Positions 19,198-30,263 of a stretch of DNA of 64,000 nt are shown in pieces. A program made the position numbers and the translations under genes. The stretch lies in the NCBI GenBank assembly GCA_019828565.1, contig JAHDYR010000011.1, positions 257,072 to 321,071 of the forward strand, in the 5' to 3' direction. The DNA comes from Carpediemonas membranifera BICM (taxonomy: Eukaryota; Protista; Fornicata). Below the pieces are notes generated by a model. It did not search any database, had not been told where the DNA came from, and was given only the letters and a program-made list of their open reading frames with translations. Position 1 is the stretch's first letter. Each line of letters opens with the position of its first letter.

Positions 19198-21681
19198 TCA
19201 CTCATCATCCTCCTCAACCCCACCGAGCACAACCTTAGAATACCAGGCAACGTCCCTCCCCCAGGCCTCCAGCAGCTCGCGGACATCAGAGGCGACAACA
19301 CTGACATCAGTGTCGAGTGGTTGTTCCATGTTCCCACTCAAATTTGTGAATTGATCGGCTGTAAGCTGGAACAGATCCATGGGGTGTGAAACATCATCAG
19401 CACTGAATACCATCAGGTTGGGCGGCAGGAGCGAGGGGCGTGCCTCTTCCTCTGGCCCAGGCTCACCCCAGCGGAACCAAACGTGGGTGTACCACTTGCC
19501 ATAATGAATTGAATTAAACTGCGAAATAATAGTCTCAATTCTACTGTCATCGGCCTTCTCAGTGGCCAGAGTCTTGTCATCGCCGGGGATCGAATCCAGA
19601 GACCGGTCACCGAGGGTCGTGGGCAAATTCTCGTAAACCCCGAACAACACTCGCCGGTTGGCAGCCCGCCACTTGCGGCCGAGGAAAGGCGTCTGAGCCT
19701 TCAGAGCAGAATACGTTGCGACTCTGGTGGGCAGGTGGTCGAGCCACAGCAGGCGCTTGAGGAGCACGGGTCCCCTAGAGGCGGAAAGAGCGCGAGCCCT
19801 GGGTACGCTGTCGGCGACGATGCCGTTGAGCAAGGCTACGATGAGGTCGACGGTTAGCAGTCTTCTTCGGTCAATGGCAGCTGACTCGAAGGCTTGAGTC
19901 AAAGAAATCCTGGCCGAATCGAGAGATGGGAAAGATACATCCAGACCGCGATACAGACCGTTTCTGTCACAATCATGCTTAATGTACTCTGGTACATTCC
20001 TGTTCAAAGCGACGAGCAAGACCACAAGTCCATTAGACATGAAGAGTGTCCTTGCTACATGCTCGCCTTGGAGGGGATGTGACGCCATAGCATGGCCAAG
20101 CAGTAGTGCAAGTACGTGGGTGACGTTCCGCGCGATGATATCACCGTGGAAATGGTCGCCAGAGTCGACCGTGCAGCCGGAACAAGACTCGATAGCGACG
20201 CCGTGGGCAGCTAGGAGTTCTGCAGGAGGGAAGAGCGTGGGGGCGTGGCTCGAGTCGGAGAGGCAGAGGAGTAGCTTAACCATGATGATCACAAGTCGTT
20301 GCAAATCTGGTAGGAGATACGAATAAACAGATTCAAACAACGGCTGGTCGACCCGGGCGGCACGCGGTACAAATGAACGAGGCAGGACGTTGTCAGGGTG
20401 CAGTGCGAGCTCAACCGACGGCTTGAGGTCAAGCGGAGTGGTCACAGCGGACCACAGGTCGACTGTTTCCCCCCTGAGCAGCCGTTCCTCGATAAATGCG
20501 GCAGTCAGGCCATCAAATGACTTGACCCAGTCGTCTCCGGCGTCTATAGCCATCTGTAACGCGTGTGTCATGTGGTCGGGGAAGGATGAGAGACGGATAA
20601 ACGGTTGAGGGAAGACTACCGCGCCCGCTGGGACCTCGTTCGCTTCCTCGGCAGGGTTGTCAGGCTGGTCCTGCTCCGCCTGCAGCGCGGAGGGGTCGGG
20701 GTTCGGATCGTGTACACGTTGTGGCATGAGCATCCTGGACATGTACTCAATGGATCTTTGGAGCTGAGATATGGAGGTTTTGTCTGGAATAGAGCAGCGC
20801 ATGAGGAGGCTAGGCTCCGACACGCCCCTGCCCGGCCTATGGAGGGAGCCGTAGGGCGTTGAGCTGGGGTCCGTGGATGCTCCGGGGTGGGGTGCCGAGG
20901 CAGTGACAGACTCTGGTCCAGTCACGGAATATGGCGGTAGTGGCGGTGTTGGGAGGTCAGCCACGGGGCTGGGGACGTCTAGAGAGAGAGGTGTAGCACT
21001 GAGAGGGCCGAGTGCGGTGAGCAGGCAGAGTCTGAGCGATTGCAGGATCTTCCTGATCGGCAGGGTGGCCATAGTTGGGTCATTGTACTCAGAGATGAGG
21101 TAGCACAGCAGGTGGAGCAGGGGTGGGTGTCCGTTGGCCTTGACTAGGTCATCCCCGTCAATGGTGGCTCTGCCCATCAAAAGCATGGCGTTGATGGAGT
21201 TCAAATGAAGTCGAACGAGCTCGACTGTGGATGCAGAGGGACGGGGCGGCTTGCTGGCATCCGTGCCGTCGACGCTCTTCGGCAATGACCGGGCTACGGC
21301 ACCGAGGGAGTGAATGGTTGGCTCCAGGGCGCCTTGGGCCTCAAGGGCTTGGTGGCAAAGCTTGAGGTTGTCCACGTCGCCCTGATAACGGGCATCGTGC
21401 AGCATGGGCATGCCCATGGCCATGTATTCGAGCGCCTGGAGGGCCTGATACTGGGATTGAGGCCGGGCGCTTTCGAGGTGGGAGAGAATGATACTGACGG
21501 CGCTCTCGGCAGACATGTCGGCACAGATGCCGATATATGCGGCGCTGATTGTGCTGATGTGTTCGTTGCTGACTTCGCAGTCATAGAATAGGTCGTTCAT
21601 TTCGAATTCGTCGCATTCGAAGTCACTGAAAGGTACGGTGATCTTTGGCGATGACTGCGTAACAACATGGGGGAACGCCAT
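19198..21681 (-). CDS. FAR11: Far11/STRIP (STRIPAK complex subunit; N1221 + DUF3402 domains)
   Basis: Motifs LPIRKIL, YSYLLPDLQRLVIIMVKLLL, DIIARNVT..LALLL, SNGLVVLL and ALKAQTPFLGRKWRAAN. Confidence 0.85.
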   Translation of the reverse strand: MAFPHVVTQSSPKITVPFSDFECDEFEMNDLFYDCEVSNEHISTISAAYIGICADMSAESAVSIILSHLESARPQSQYQALQALEYMAMGMPMLHDARYQGDVDNLKLCHQALEAQGALEPTIHSLGAVARSLPKSVDGTDASKPPRPSASTVELVRLHLNSINAMLLMGRATIDGDDLVKANGHPPLLHLLCYLISEYNDPTMATLPIRKILQSLRLCLLTALGPLSATPLSLDVPSPVADLPTPPLPPYSVTGPESVTASAPHPGASTDPSSTPYGSLHRPGRGVSEPSLLMRCSIPDKTSISQLQRSIEYMSRMLMPQRVHDPNPDPSALQAEQDQPDNPAEEANEVPAGAVVFPQPFIRLSSFPDHMTHALQMAIDAGDDWVKSFDGLTAAFIEERLLRGETVDLWSAVTTPLDLKPSVELALHPDNVLPRSFVPRAARVDQPLFESVYSYLLPDLQRLVIIMVKLLLCLSDSSHAPTLFPPAELLAAHGVAIESCSGCTVDSGDHFHGDIIARNVTHVLALLLGHAMASHPLQGEHVARTLFMSNGLVVLLVALNRNVPEYIKHDCDRNGLYRGLDVSFPSLDSARISLTQAFESAAIDRRRLLTVDLIVALLNGIVADSVPRARALSASRGPVLLKRLLWLDHLPTRVATYSALKAQTPFLGRKWRAANRRVLFGVYENLPTTLGDRSLDSIPGDDKTLATEKADDSRIETIISQFNSIHYGKWYTHVWFRWGEPGPEEEARPSLLPPNLMVFSADDVSHPMDLFQLTADQFTNLSGNMEQPLDTDVSVVASDVRELLEAWGRDVAWYSKVVLGGVEEDDE

Positions 21682-21820
21682 ACTTCTCGTTTGTTCTTAT
21701 CAGGCGCGAGAAAACGCCGTCGAAAATTCGCGCTCATCAGTGTCGATGACCGTGCAGAATACGCCCGCCCCCTTCCAAACGCCTCAGAAGCATGTATTCG
21801 CCACAGCTATCGCACATGAT

Positions 21821-22673
21821 TTACCTATACTGTGGAGGATAACCCTGCTGGGGCGGGTAGCCTTGCTGAGGAGGGTATCCCTGCTGGGGGGGATACTGGC
21901 CCTGGGGCGGGCCCTGAGGGGGGTAGCCGCCCTGCTGCTGGGGAGGATAACCACCCTGTTGCTGAGGAGGATAACCTTGCTGAGGTGGGTAGCCCTGTTG
22001 GGGCGGGTAGCCTCCTCTTGGAGGACCCTGGGGGGGATAGCCCTGCTGGGGAGGGTACTGCGGGTTGGGGTTGTAAGAAGGAGGGGGACCGTAGCCAGCG
22101 GGGGCGGTCTGGCCATACATCTGGGGCGGGTACTGCTGCTGGCCCTGGGGAGGGTACATCTGGTGGGGGTAAGCAGCTTGGCCACCTTGGGGCATCGCAG
22201 CGGGGGCAGGGGCGCCGGTGCTGCTGAACCACTGCATCATGAGGTGGACGCGGCCGCATTCCTTGCCCTTCTTGTTAGTGACGACGTACCACTCGTCGCG
22301 GGGCTGCTGGTTGGCGAGCACGGACATCTGGATCTGGCAAGTGCCGATAATATCGTCGGGAGTGGCGATGTCGTTGTCCCACAGCTCAAGGACGAGCGGC
22401 TGGTTCACTTCGACGTGCTCAAAGTGGAACGTCTCGAGCCACTTTGGGTTCTGCGTTAATTTTTGCATGCCAGGATAGATAGATAACATCATTTCACACT
22501 ACAAATGAGCTAGCTATCACCGTTTGAAGACGTACCTTCTCGTTGTTGATGTGCTTGGTTCTCTGAGTTTTGCCGCTGTATTTGAGCTTCACATAAGGAT
22601 CCGCCTTGCCAAAGCCGGGCATAGTAACACCCTTAGCCTCAGCGACAGTGATCTTGAGGTTTCCTAGCGACAT
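21821..22673 (-). CDS. C2-domain protein with (QGYPPQ)n tail; intron 22451-22535
   Basis: [10 protein letters not shown]...GKADPYVKL...RTKHINNEK|NPKWLETF...ELWDND..DDIIG; the 85-nt GT-AG intron restores the frame. Confidence 0.9.
21825..22170 (-). repeat. Coding tandem repeat encoding QGYPPQ-like units
   Basis: Repeated CAGCAGGG(C/T)TA(C/T)CC-type units in the C2 protein tail. Confidence 0.85.
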
Positions 22674-22991
22674 TTTGTCTTGTGTGAGCCTTAATCTGCA
22701 CTTTGGATCAACTCCGGATTGAGAGATAGCAATCTCGAGCGGTTCTCGGCCGGAAATGACAGGAAGTGCATGTGACCACGATATGCCCCGGACTAATCGC
22801 ATGGAGCCTCGCTGGTTCCCTTTTCTTGGTGCGAATCTCGTGGTCTTGCGAAGTCAAGGCATGACATGCTGAGGGTTGGTAAGGCAAATATATCGATAGA
22901 TATACAGTAATGTATCAAGCCAGGGTGCATGTAACAATCGATCAGGACGACACTACCCCACCGTCTCCATCTCCAATTTACGTGTTTATTT

Positions 22992-24083
22992 TTAACCATG
23001 GAGAGCCGTATACTGCTCAGTCAGACCCCCAAAGCAATGCTCGAACGCGGCCCTGATACGATCAACGTCATCCTTCGCCCACTCTACCTGCGGACTCCTG
23101 GCGAAGGTGGTCAGATCCTCTCTATTGTCGAACCGACTCAAGGGGATAACAAAGGGCCGACCCGAAGCCTTGGATGCCACCATCACAGCATTAGCCACTC
23201 CTGACTTCTCTAGCAGGTACTCTATGTCGTCTACACCGTAGTCTTGAAGCATGACGATCTCAGGGACACCATGGTTGAGGGAAAGGTTGGCGCTGGTGGC
23301 AGCGTCACCTGCCTTCTCCTGGGCACGGGCGATGTTCTTGGCCCGGGACATCTCGGGGGTGACCCAGACGTAGAGGACAGCAGCGCCAGAGAGGATGCGA
23401 TCGGAGAGGCAGGAGAAGGAGTACTCATAGCCCATGGGGGGCTTGAGGGGCATCTCGGAGCCTTGGGAGCCTCCACGTGCGAACTCGATGACGACAGTCT
23501 TGTCCTCAAGGGTCTCAGGGAAGCAGTCGTATTTCTCGCGCATGAGAACATCCGTCGTCGGCCGGAGGACGGCGTACAGCTGCTCGAGGACGCCTTCAGG
23601 CAGTGACAAGATACGAGTAGCCCTACCACCCTCAGAGGCCTGACCCTCGCCCCAGGTCTGGTAGGCCCCGGTCTTCTCTCGGGCCCTATCGAGTCGCTCA
23701 CACATCCATCGCCCAGAGTCGACCTCAGGCCGGGCTGGGCGATCGATTAAGTCGTCGTAGTCCTCGTTAAGGAGGTGGATGAGGGTTTCCCAGTCTTCCT
23801 TGTGGAAGAAAAGCTCGTCGGGGTGGGGGTAGAACATGCGGGCTCGGGCGGTGCCGATGATGGACTCGAGAGCAGCATCGACCTTCTTCATGACGTCGAC
23901 ATAGGGGTAGTCATCGAGTTGGACGGTTTGGGCGATCTTGAAGGACGTTCTGAGGTCCTCTGGGGCGAGCGATGAGAGGAACTTGCGCGTCTCACTCTTG
24001 CCACTGGCTGGAAGTGCGCAGAGAAGCTTTGTAGGATACTATTGGATGGAACAAACAAGAGTTTGGATGTGATCTGAAGTCAT
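22992..24083 (-). CDS. Uncharacterised P-loop NTPase/kinase-like protein; intron 24027-24056
   Basis: Removing a 30-nt stop-containing intron gives MTSDHIQTL|LLCALPASGKSETRKF...VQLDDYPYV, in frame with ORF 22992-23891. Walker A-like ALPASGKS; VVIEFARGG. Confidence 0.75.
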
Positions 24084-24515
24084 TGCTGTCTTATGCTTGG
24101 TGAGCGAGAACTGCGGTGAATCTCACAGTCCCCGAGGACTTGATGCGTCTTATTGTGAGCATCATGGGAATAAGAGACGATTCTTCATTCTACTCGTAAG
24201 ATTGAGGTCATTTGCGTCATAACCAGATCCAACGATGATGATGGCCTGTCATCAGTCGGTGCAGTCAGCGCAATCAGGTCAGCGGTTTGGTGGGCGCTGA
24301 GTCACCCGGAAGTCGTCAGATACAGATTCGAGTCATGCCAGCAGGTCGACTCCGCTTGGCGCTCTCGCGATCACAGGGTGAGTTGCCGAACAGTAACTGG
24401 AGAGATACCTGACCCAAACCCGCCGGTGTGACAGCTACAGACTACTACTACTACAGTTAGATCTCACCGGCGCGTGAACTCGGGCAGAGTCGACTCTCCA
24501 CATTCTCACACTGTC

Positions 24516-25625
24516 ATGAAGCTAACAATCATCGCGGCAATTCTCGTGAGCGCCGCATGTCTCTCCATACAGCAACTGGAATCGCAGGAACACATCAACC
24601 GCCACGGAAATGTCGTTGGCAACAGCGACGTCATCTTCGTTCACGTTAATCCCGTTAGTGCGCACGTTGCTAATGGCCTTTTCGTCTTTGAGAGCGATGG
24701 AACGAATTGGAGCCACAAACAGACCGTTCTCGAGGACGCGTTCACCTCTCTCCACCTCGCCGGCTTCGGCGGCGGACGTTTGCTCATTAGCGGAATCATG
24801 GACGGCGTTGAGAACAACTATGGCGTCGCCGTGTACGATGTGAAGGGCTCACAGCTCTCTCCAATCCAGAAGTTCACTCTCACACCAAATGACGAGAGGA
24901 GCATCATCGCCGCCTCAAGCCAGGACACAAACCACGTAATCGGACTCAGCATGTCTCAGGAGGGCCAGTACACCGTCAGAACATGGAAGCTGGCCGGCAG
25001 TGAGTACACCGACGACACTTCCATGGTTATTGGCACCAACCTCAGACTCGAGCTTGTCGACGTCCTCAGCGTTGTCGACGACAAAATGTTCGCTACCGCT
25101 ATGAACAACTACTCTGATCGTGCCATCACTGTCTTCAACTACATCACTGATTCGAGTCGATGGGAACTCAGCCAGAGAATCCCAGTCCCAAACGACTATG
25201 GTATGGGCACTGGTGGCTTTGGAATCCTGCCGTTCCATGCCAAGAGAGTCATGCGCCAGGGTGAAGAAGTTACGGAACTCGTCGTGTTCGAGCGGGCTGG
25301 GTCTGGTCAGCTTGGGGTGACCGCGAAGGTCCAGATCAAGATGCCGGAGACAAGGGGTACAGTTATATGCACCGGCATGTCCTCGCGTGTGGTCGATAGC
25401 AGCACTATCGAGGTGGTCTCGAGCTTCAGCGAGTACGGGTCGGCCCGTAATACTTATGTCAACAGAGTCACAGTGAAGAAGCTCGCGGCTGGTTGGGCGA
25501 TCGCCAACACGGAGAGTGTCAAGCAGGCTGGCGCATATTACGGGTACAACTACCTCTGGGTCCTCAACGACGGCGCTGTGCTGGCTTCCTACTCTAACAA
25601 CGAGATTTTCATTCGGGCTAACTGA
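24516..25625 (+). CDS. Secreted beta-propeller-like (FG-GAP-like) protein
   Basis: Signal peptide MKLTIIAAILVSAACLS; recurring blade motifs GLFVFESDGTNWSHKQTV, GVAVYDVKGSQLSPIQKF and VFNY..SRWELSQRI. Confidence 0.6.
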   Translation: MKLTIIAAILVSAACLSIQQLESQEHINRHGNVVGNSDVIFVHVNPVSAHVANGLFVFESDGTNWSHKQTVLEDAFTSLHLAGFGGGRLLISGIMDGVENNYGVAVYDVKGSQLSPIQKFTLTPNDERSIIAASSQDTNHVIGLSMSQEGQYTVRTWKLAGSEYTDDTSMVIGTNLRLELVDVLSVVDDKMFATAMNNYSDRAITVFNYITDSSRWELSQRIPVPNDYGMGTGGFGILPFHAKRVMRQGEEVTELVVFERAGSGQLGVTAKVQIKMPETRGTVICTGMSSRVVDSSTIEVVSSFSEYGSARNTYVNRVTVKKLAAGWAIANTESVKQAGAYYGYNYLWVLNDGAVLASYSNNEIFIRAN

Positions 25626-25695
25626 GGTAAAGTTGGATGATAAATTGGGATCTAGTGGGCATGTTATAAACATTGTTATAAACATTTGGCCGCTA

Positions 25696-25869
25696 GGTCA
25701 AGCCAGGACAGTTTTTCGTTGATGGTCAATGTGTGGTCAAGGTTGGTCAAAAATCATTGGGAAGCATCTATTGATCGAATCTACCAAGGTCATATGATGT
25801 ACTCTGGCTGGTTGGCACCAGCTCCAACGCAATCCCAGGCCGCCGGCCATCGCCAGATTTCAGGGTCAA
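25696..25869. promoter_or_regulatory. Cluster of five GGTCAA (reverse W-box, TTGACC) motifs
   Basis: GGTCAA at 25696, 25724, 25735, 25745 and 25864, all in intergenic DNA. The regulatory role is inferred. Confidence 0.35.
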
Positions 25870-26213
25870 AATTAGTCCGATCGGATCTTTCCGTATATAT
25901 GCCTGCTAATGTGACATGGTCACGAAGAAAGTTTCCGATTCATCACCACATACGTAATGCCCTCTCGTTTGAACGGAAATACAGTCTTAATATCCATTAT
26001 ATGGTGCTCTTGATACAATCTGCGAACTCGGGGCAACCGTAATTCAGACCCGAGAGTGTTGAAAATGCCAAATTCCTGGGGCATAGCCTATATATGGTGG
26101 GCACCTCGACCCTCTCTAGATTCAGTGTCACATCTGATCCAGATTGAGATTTAGACATTATTTGACCCAAGCAGAGTCGCCTCCGACGTTGTATGATTTT
26201 CAGCATCTGAAGT

Positions 26214-29200
26214 ATGTTCCCCGGTCGCTTCAAGATAGCAAACCAGAACACCTTCCACCGGGTATCACCAAAGACTACAGTGCCGCCATCTATTAGCTCT
26301 TCATCGGCGTCTTCTTCCCGGAAAAACACTTTTTCTTCGTTACCCAATGAAGCGTTCAGGAATGAACCTTCTAGCTACGAACATCGCATGTCAGTTGATC
26401 AACTATCACAACCGGCACCTTCTTCTTTGAATTTTACCCGTCCTCACCCCTTTGATTCTCTCGTCCCAAACAACGCTCCTTCCTCACTCCCCGCCGATAC
26501 CACGTCCTTCACACCGCCCACGGGCTTCGATCCTACCTCCCCTGTGTCCGATCAGGAAGATTCGTACCTCCATATGCGCTCTGCGTCCCAGTTAGACCAG
26601 GCTGATGTATACGGGCATGAGTTCCAGGACTCCTACCAGGATTCAGACGTACACGACACGCTATCCGTCCTCAGTGGTGCTAACGATAGCCCACGCCGCC
26701 AGAGCACTGTCGAGGAGGTGAACTTCTTCATCGATGACGCCGAGACCATCAAGGATGAGCTGTGTAACGCCATAACCCACGCCAGACGCCGTCGTGGATA
26801 CCCTACAGTGTGGCTGTACACCCTCTCCGAGGACCTGCGCCGTGTGGCCCGCGGTGAACTCAAGGGCATCCGCCGCCCCCGCGGTTTCATCTCATCTCAG
26901 ATGAAACGGTTTGATTACGACAACATGAAGACCGAGGACATCATCGCGGACATCATAGAGGACCCCATGGTGACGCTCCCCATGGATATCCCGGAGAAGG
27001 CCTACTGCAACCTCCATTTCGCCGTGGGGGTTACCGCAAGAGACGAGCACGCCCGTGTGCTCATCGCAGCGCTCTACTGCAGAGCTGAGGCCGATACTGG
27101 AGGTGTGGCCATCGCCCTCGCCCGCGATTTCCCCACCATCCCCGGCCTGCCCTCAGCCAGCCCCAGCCCTTCGCCCGAGTCGACCCAGCGCTCCTCCTCA
27201 CTGCAAAACACACGCCAGCCCCAACCGTACCAGTACTCGGCCCAGCAGCAGCACTCCGACACTGCCCCCCAGCCTGCCCGAGTGGACGCGTTGGTGAGGA
27301 CCCCAACTAGGGAGCGAGCACCTTCTATCCCCGTAGTAACTTCGCCCGACTCCAAGCAGACGTCCCCCGAGTTGCAGCAGCCGTATCACACACACGATGA
27401 GCCGCTCAGCCCAGTAGTCTCGGCCCAACCCGACCGAGAGCCCGAGCCGTACCCCTACCCGCAACACACCTCGCCACTGGCGAACGGGGTGACTGTAATA
27501 GGCACGGAACACGCAGCCCCCGCCCCTGCCCAGCTCAGCTCCCACGATAGGGACATCCAGTCCGAGATTGCAACCATGCGAGCCCAGCTTGAGGCCCTGG
27601 AGATGGAGTTCATGCCCTCCGACCCGCCCTCACTCAGCTCGACCATGGACCACACGGCCACTATCCGAACACCCACGCAGCCCAAGCCGACTGGCCCAGG
27701 ACCGGCCACGATGGACCAGTCGAAGTCGGTCCGTAGAGAGCTCGTGGATGTTGTGGAGACAGTCAGGGTGGGCCTAGACGGTCTGCCCACCCAGGACGAG
27801 ATGACTCACAGGGTTGAGGCTGTCGAGCGGCAGATTAAGACTCTGGCTGGCCTCCACCGTGATCGCCTAGAGGTTCTCGCCGGAATCCCCGCTGCTCAGC
27901 GGATCGGGGCCCACGGGGACGTGACCATGGCAGAGTCGGCCCTCATTGACACCATGGACCCTAGCGGTCTGGACGCGGGAAGCTCGGCCCGGGCAGGACC
28001 CAACCAACACGTGGACAGCAGGCTCGAGCGGTACGCGTCGCTCCTCGCAGCACTCGTGGAGAGACCTGACACGCTAGCCCACCTCGCCCAGCGGACTACC
28101 GGCACGACCAGGGAACGCGTGCTCGCCCTCGCCCTCTTCCGGGTCGCCAACCACGACCTGGCCCCGCCCCAGAGAGCAGTGAAGGTGGTTACTTCCGTAG
28201 CCAGCCTGGCCCTCCCCCAGCAGCTCCTACTCCCGCCTACGTCCATCCCCGACCCAAGCTCTGCCCTGACTGTCGCCCTGCGCCACCTGGCCCAGCGGTC
28301 TGATGTTATGGGGTTCCTCCGAGTTGGGCTCGACCAGGCGTTGTCTGATATTGCTGCAGACACCGTGCTGCCCATGTTTAAGGCTAACCTCGAGAGCAAG
28401 AACTTTGCCTGTCTCTCACAGCTCAAATCTGTTTCCAGGCTCTGCGCTGAGGCCGTCACCTCCCGCCACAGCAGGGCTGCCATACCCGCAGTCATTAGCG
28501 ACCTTGCACGCAGCCTGCTCGACCTCATAACCAACATTGCACCATCCGATACGGACATTGTCCTCAAGATCTACAGGGCTTGCTTCGCTTACATCCTGTT
28601 CGTTGCGCCCGCCGAGTCCCTCCTGGCCAAGCTGCCGAACCCTGGGCGCGCCAACGCCCGCCTTGTGCTCGAACTAGTTGCTGCTGCGGCGCTTCCTGTC
28701 GGGTCTACCTTCGCCTTCCAGTCTTTCAAGGATGCGCCCTGGATCCAGCGCTTGCATCCGCTTATTGAGGCAATCAGACCAGCTATGGAAGCGTTTATTG
28801 ACGACCTCACCCGCGAATCAGAGCCCTCTCTCCTCAACGCCTGCCCCTTTGCTGGCAACACCATAGTCGTCACCGCAGCAGACCTAGTATTCCTCCACCG
28901 CACCCTGGCCGCCCACGGTGACATCCCCGTGCTCCCTGGCACCATGCGCCAGGCCATGCACGCCCTTGGCCCTTCTCTACCCAGCGCACCAGTCAGACGG
29001 AGCGAGTGTCCCGTGTATGTGGTCGACGTGCCGCTGAACACGCCCCTGCCCGCCCCCCATGACGTGTGTAAGATCAAGAAGCTCCTCATCGAGGCCCCGT
29101 CTATTGTCGACCGACTCGACACAGTCGGCTCTGACGCAGATACGGCCAATGCCCAGCGTGCTGTGCGTGCTCTCTCTACTATGGCTGACTCGATCAGACT

Positions 29201-29579
29201 GAACACGGCCATGTACGACGCTCTGGGCGATCTCACCCAATTCCTCAACAGACGGGCCGACAGACTCCGGAACGACCTGGGCGATGTCAGACTGACCCAG
29301 CGGGCCTCGATCAAGGACACCACGCTCTCGATGACGCCTCAAGCAACACCTACTATGACTATCGGCCCAGTCTCACAGCCTCTGGCGAGACACACACTTG
29401 ACTTGACCGACACGCCTGGTAGTACCCCCGTCTCGACTCCTGCCCCGCCCATGGCCGACCCCCAGCCCAACGGCAACAGCTTTATTGTCGGAATGACCCT
29501 GAACTCTGTGCCTGACCCTGCGAGCAGTCCCAGCTGCCCTGGAAAGCCCGAGAAGCTCACGAGGAAGAGCCGGCGTTGA
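26214..29579 (+). CDS. Large protein with Pro/Ser-rich region, coiled coil and degenerate RasGAP-related (IQGAP/GAPA-like) domain
   Basis: The helical pattern FLRVGLDQALSDI...IPAVISDLARSL...RANARLVLELV...WIQRLHPLIEAIRPAMEAFIDDL follows the RasGAP fold. Start uncertain. Confidence 0.6.
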   Translation: MFPGRFKIANQNTFHRVSPKTTVPPSISSSSASSSRKNTFSSLPNEAFRNEPSSYEHRMSVDQLSQPAPSSLNFTRPHPFDSLVPNNAPSSLPADTTSFTPPTGFDPTSPVSDQEDSYLHMRSASQLDQADVYGHEFQDSYQDSDVHDTLSVLSGANDSPRRQSTVEEVNFFIDDAETIKDELCNAITHARRRRGYPTVWLYTLSEDLRRVARGELKGIRRPRGFISSQMKRFDYDNMKTEDIIADIIEDPMVTLPMDIPEKAYCNLHFAVGVTARDEHARVLIAALYCRAEADTGGVAIALARDFPTIPGLPSASPSPSPESTQRSSSLQNTRQPQPYQYSAQQQHSDTAPQPARVDALVRTPTRERAPSIPVVTSPDSKQTSPELQQPYHTHDEPLSPVVSAQPDREPEPYPYPQHTSPLANGVTVIGTEHAAPAPAQLSSHDRDIQSEIATMRAQLEALEMEFMPSDPPSLSSTMDHTATIRTPTQPKPTGPGPATMDQSKSVRRELVDVVETVRVGLDGLPTQDEMTHRVEAVERQIKTLAGLHRDRLEVLAGIPAAQRIGAHGDVTMAESALIDTMDPSGLDAGSSARAGPNQHVDSRLERYASLLAALVERPDTLAHLAQRTTGTTRERVLALALFRVANHDLAPPQRAVKVVTSVASLALPQQLLLPPTSIPDPSSALTVALRHLAQRSDVMGFLRVGLDQALSDIAADTVLPMFKANLESKNFACLSQLKSVSRLCAEAVTSRHSRAAIPAVISDLARSLLDLITNIAPSDTDIVLKIYRACFAYILFVAPAESLLAKLPNPGRANARLVLELVAAAALPVGSTFAFQSFKDAPWIQRLHPLIEAIRPAMEAFIDDLTRESEPSLLNACPFAGNTIVVTAADLVFLHRTLAAHGDIPVLPGTMRQAMHALGPSLPSAPVRRSECPVYVVDVPLNTPLPAPHDVCKIKKLLIEAPSIVDRLDTVGSDADTANAQRAVRALSTMADSIRLNTAMYDALGDLTQFLNRRADRLRNDLGDVRLTQRASIKDTTLSMTPQATPTMTIGPVSQPLARHTLDLTDTPGSTPVSTPAPPMADPQPNGNSFIVGMTLNSVPDPASSPSCPGKPEKLTRKSRR

Positions 29580-29666
29580 TATATTGAATATCTCTCTTGT
29601 AAATTACTGTCTGTAGACTGGTCAATGGGCAAGAACTCAACCACCTTGCTATCGAATAGCATTTAC

Positions 29667-30263
29667 TCACGAGCGGCGGCCTCTCGACGAGCTTCTGCCC
29701 CGGCTAGAGGAGCGCTTGCTCTCGTCGGTCTTCCTTGGCTTGCTCTCCTTCTTTGGCTCCCTGACCTCCTTCTTCTTTTCAGCGGGAGCAGAGGGCTTGC
29801 TCTCAATCACAACCTTGATGCTCTTGCCGTCGTCGGTCTTCATGACAACGGGGCGGTAGTTCTTGAGCACGAAGGCGCGGATCTTGATGCCCTGGATCTC
29901 GGCGCGATTGAAGGTTTCCGCCACACGCTTAGCCAGGTTCGCAGTGCGGTATGTGATGTCAACATCGCCGTTGTCGCTGTTGATGGCGAGATCAGTGATG
30001 TCGCTGGGACGGAGAGTTTGAATGTTGTTGTTCTCATCGCGGTACTGCAGGAAGATGGGCTTAAGGTCAGAAGGACGAAGCGTGCGGTTCAAGTTGCATA
30101 TACGAATAACGCAGTCGCCAACGGGGGCAGCAGGCGCAGCGGGCTTCTTAGTAGCAGCGGGCTTCTTCTTCTGTTGAGTCTGAGGGGATTTCGGCTTCTG
30201 CTGCTTCTTGATCGTGCGCCCATGCTTCAGCTCCATCATTTCCTGAATGCTAAGCTCAGACAT
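29667..30263 (-). CDS. Single-RRM protein, ALYREF/Yra1-like
   Basis: N-terminal MSELSIQEM, RRM (IRICNLNRTLRPSDLKPIF...VDITY...AKRVAETFNRAEIQGIKI) and Lys/Arg/Ser-rich flanks. Confidence 0.7.
   Translation of the reverse strand: MSELSIQEMMELKHGRTIKKQQKPKSPQTQQKKKPAATKKPAAPAAPVGDCVIRICNLNRTLRPSDLKPIFLQYRDENNNIQTLRPSDITDLAINSDNGDVDITYRTANLAKRVAETFNRAEIQGIKIRAFVLKNYRPVVMKTDDGKSIKVVIESKPSAPAEKKKEVREPKKESKPRKTDESKRSSSRGRSSSRGRRS

Noticed and set aside
21638-22459. 273-aa hydrophobic repeat ORF on the + strand, or a CRISPR-like array
   Set aside because: It is the antisense of the QGYPPQ coding repeat; there are no unique spacers or cas genes, and the context is eukaryotic.
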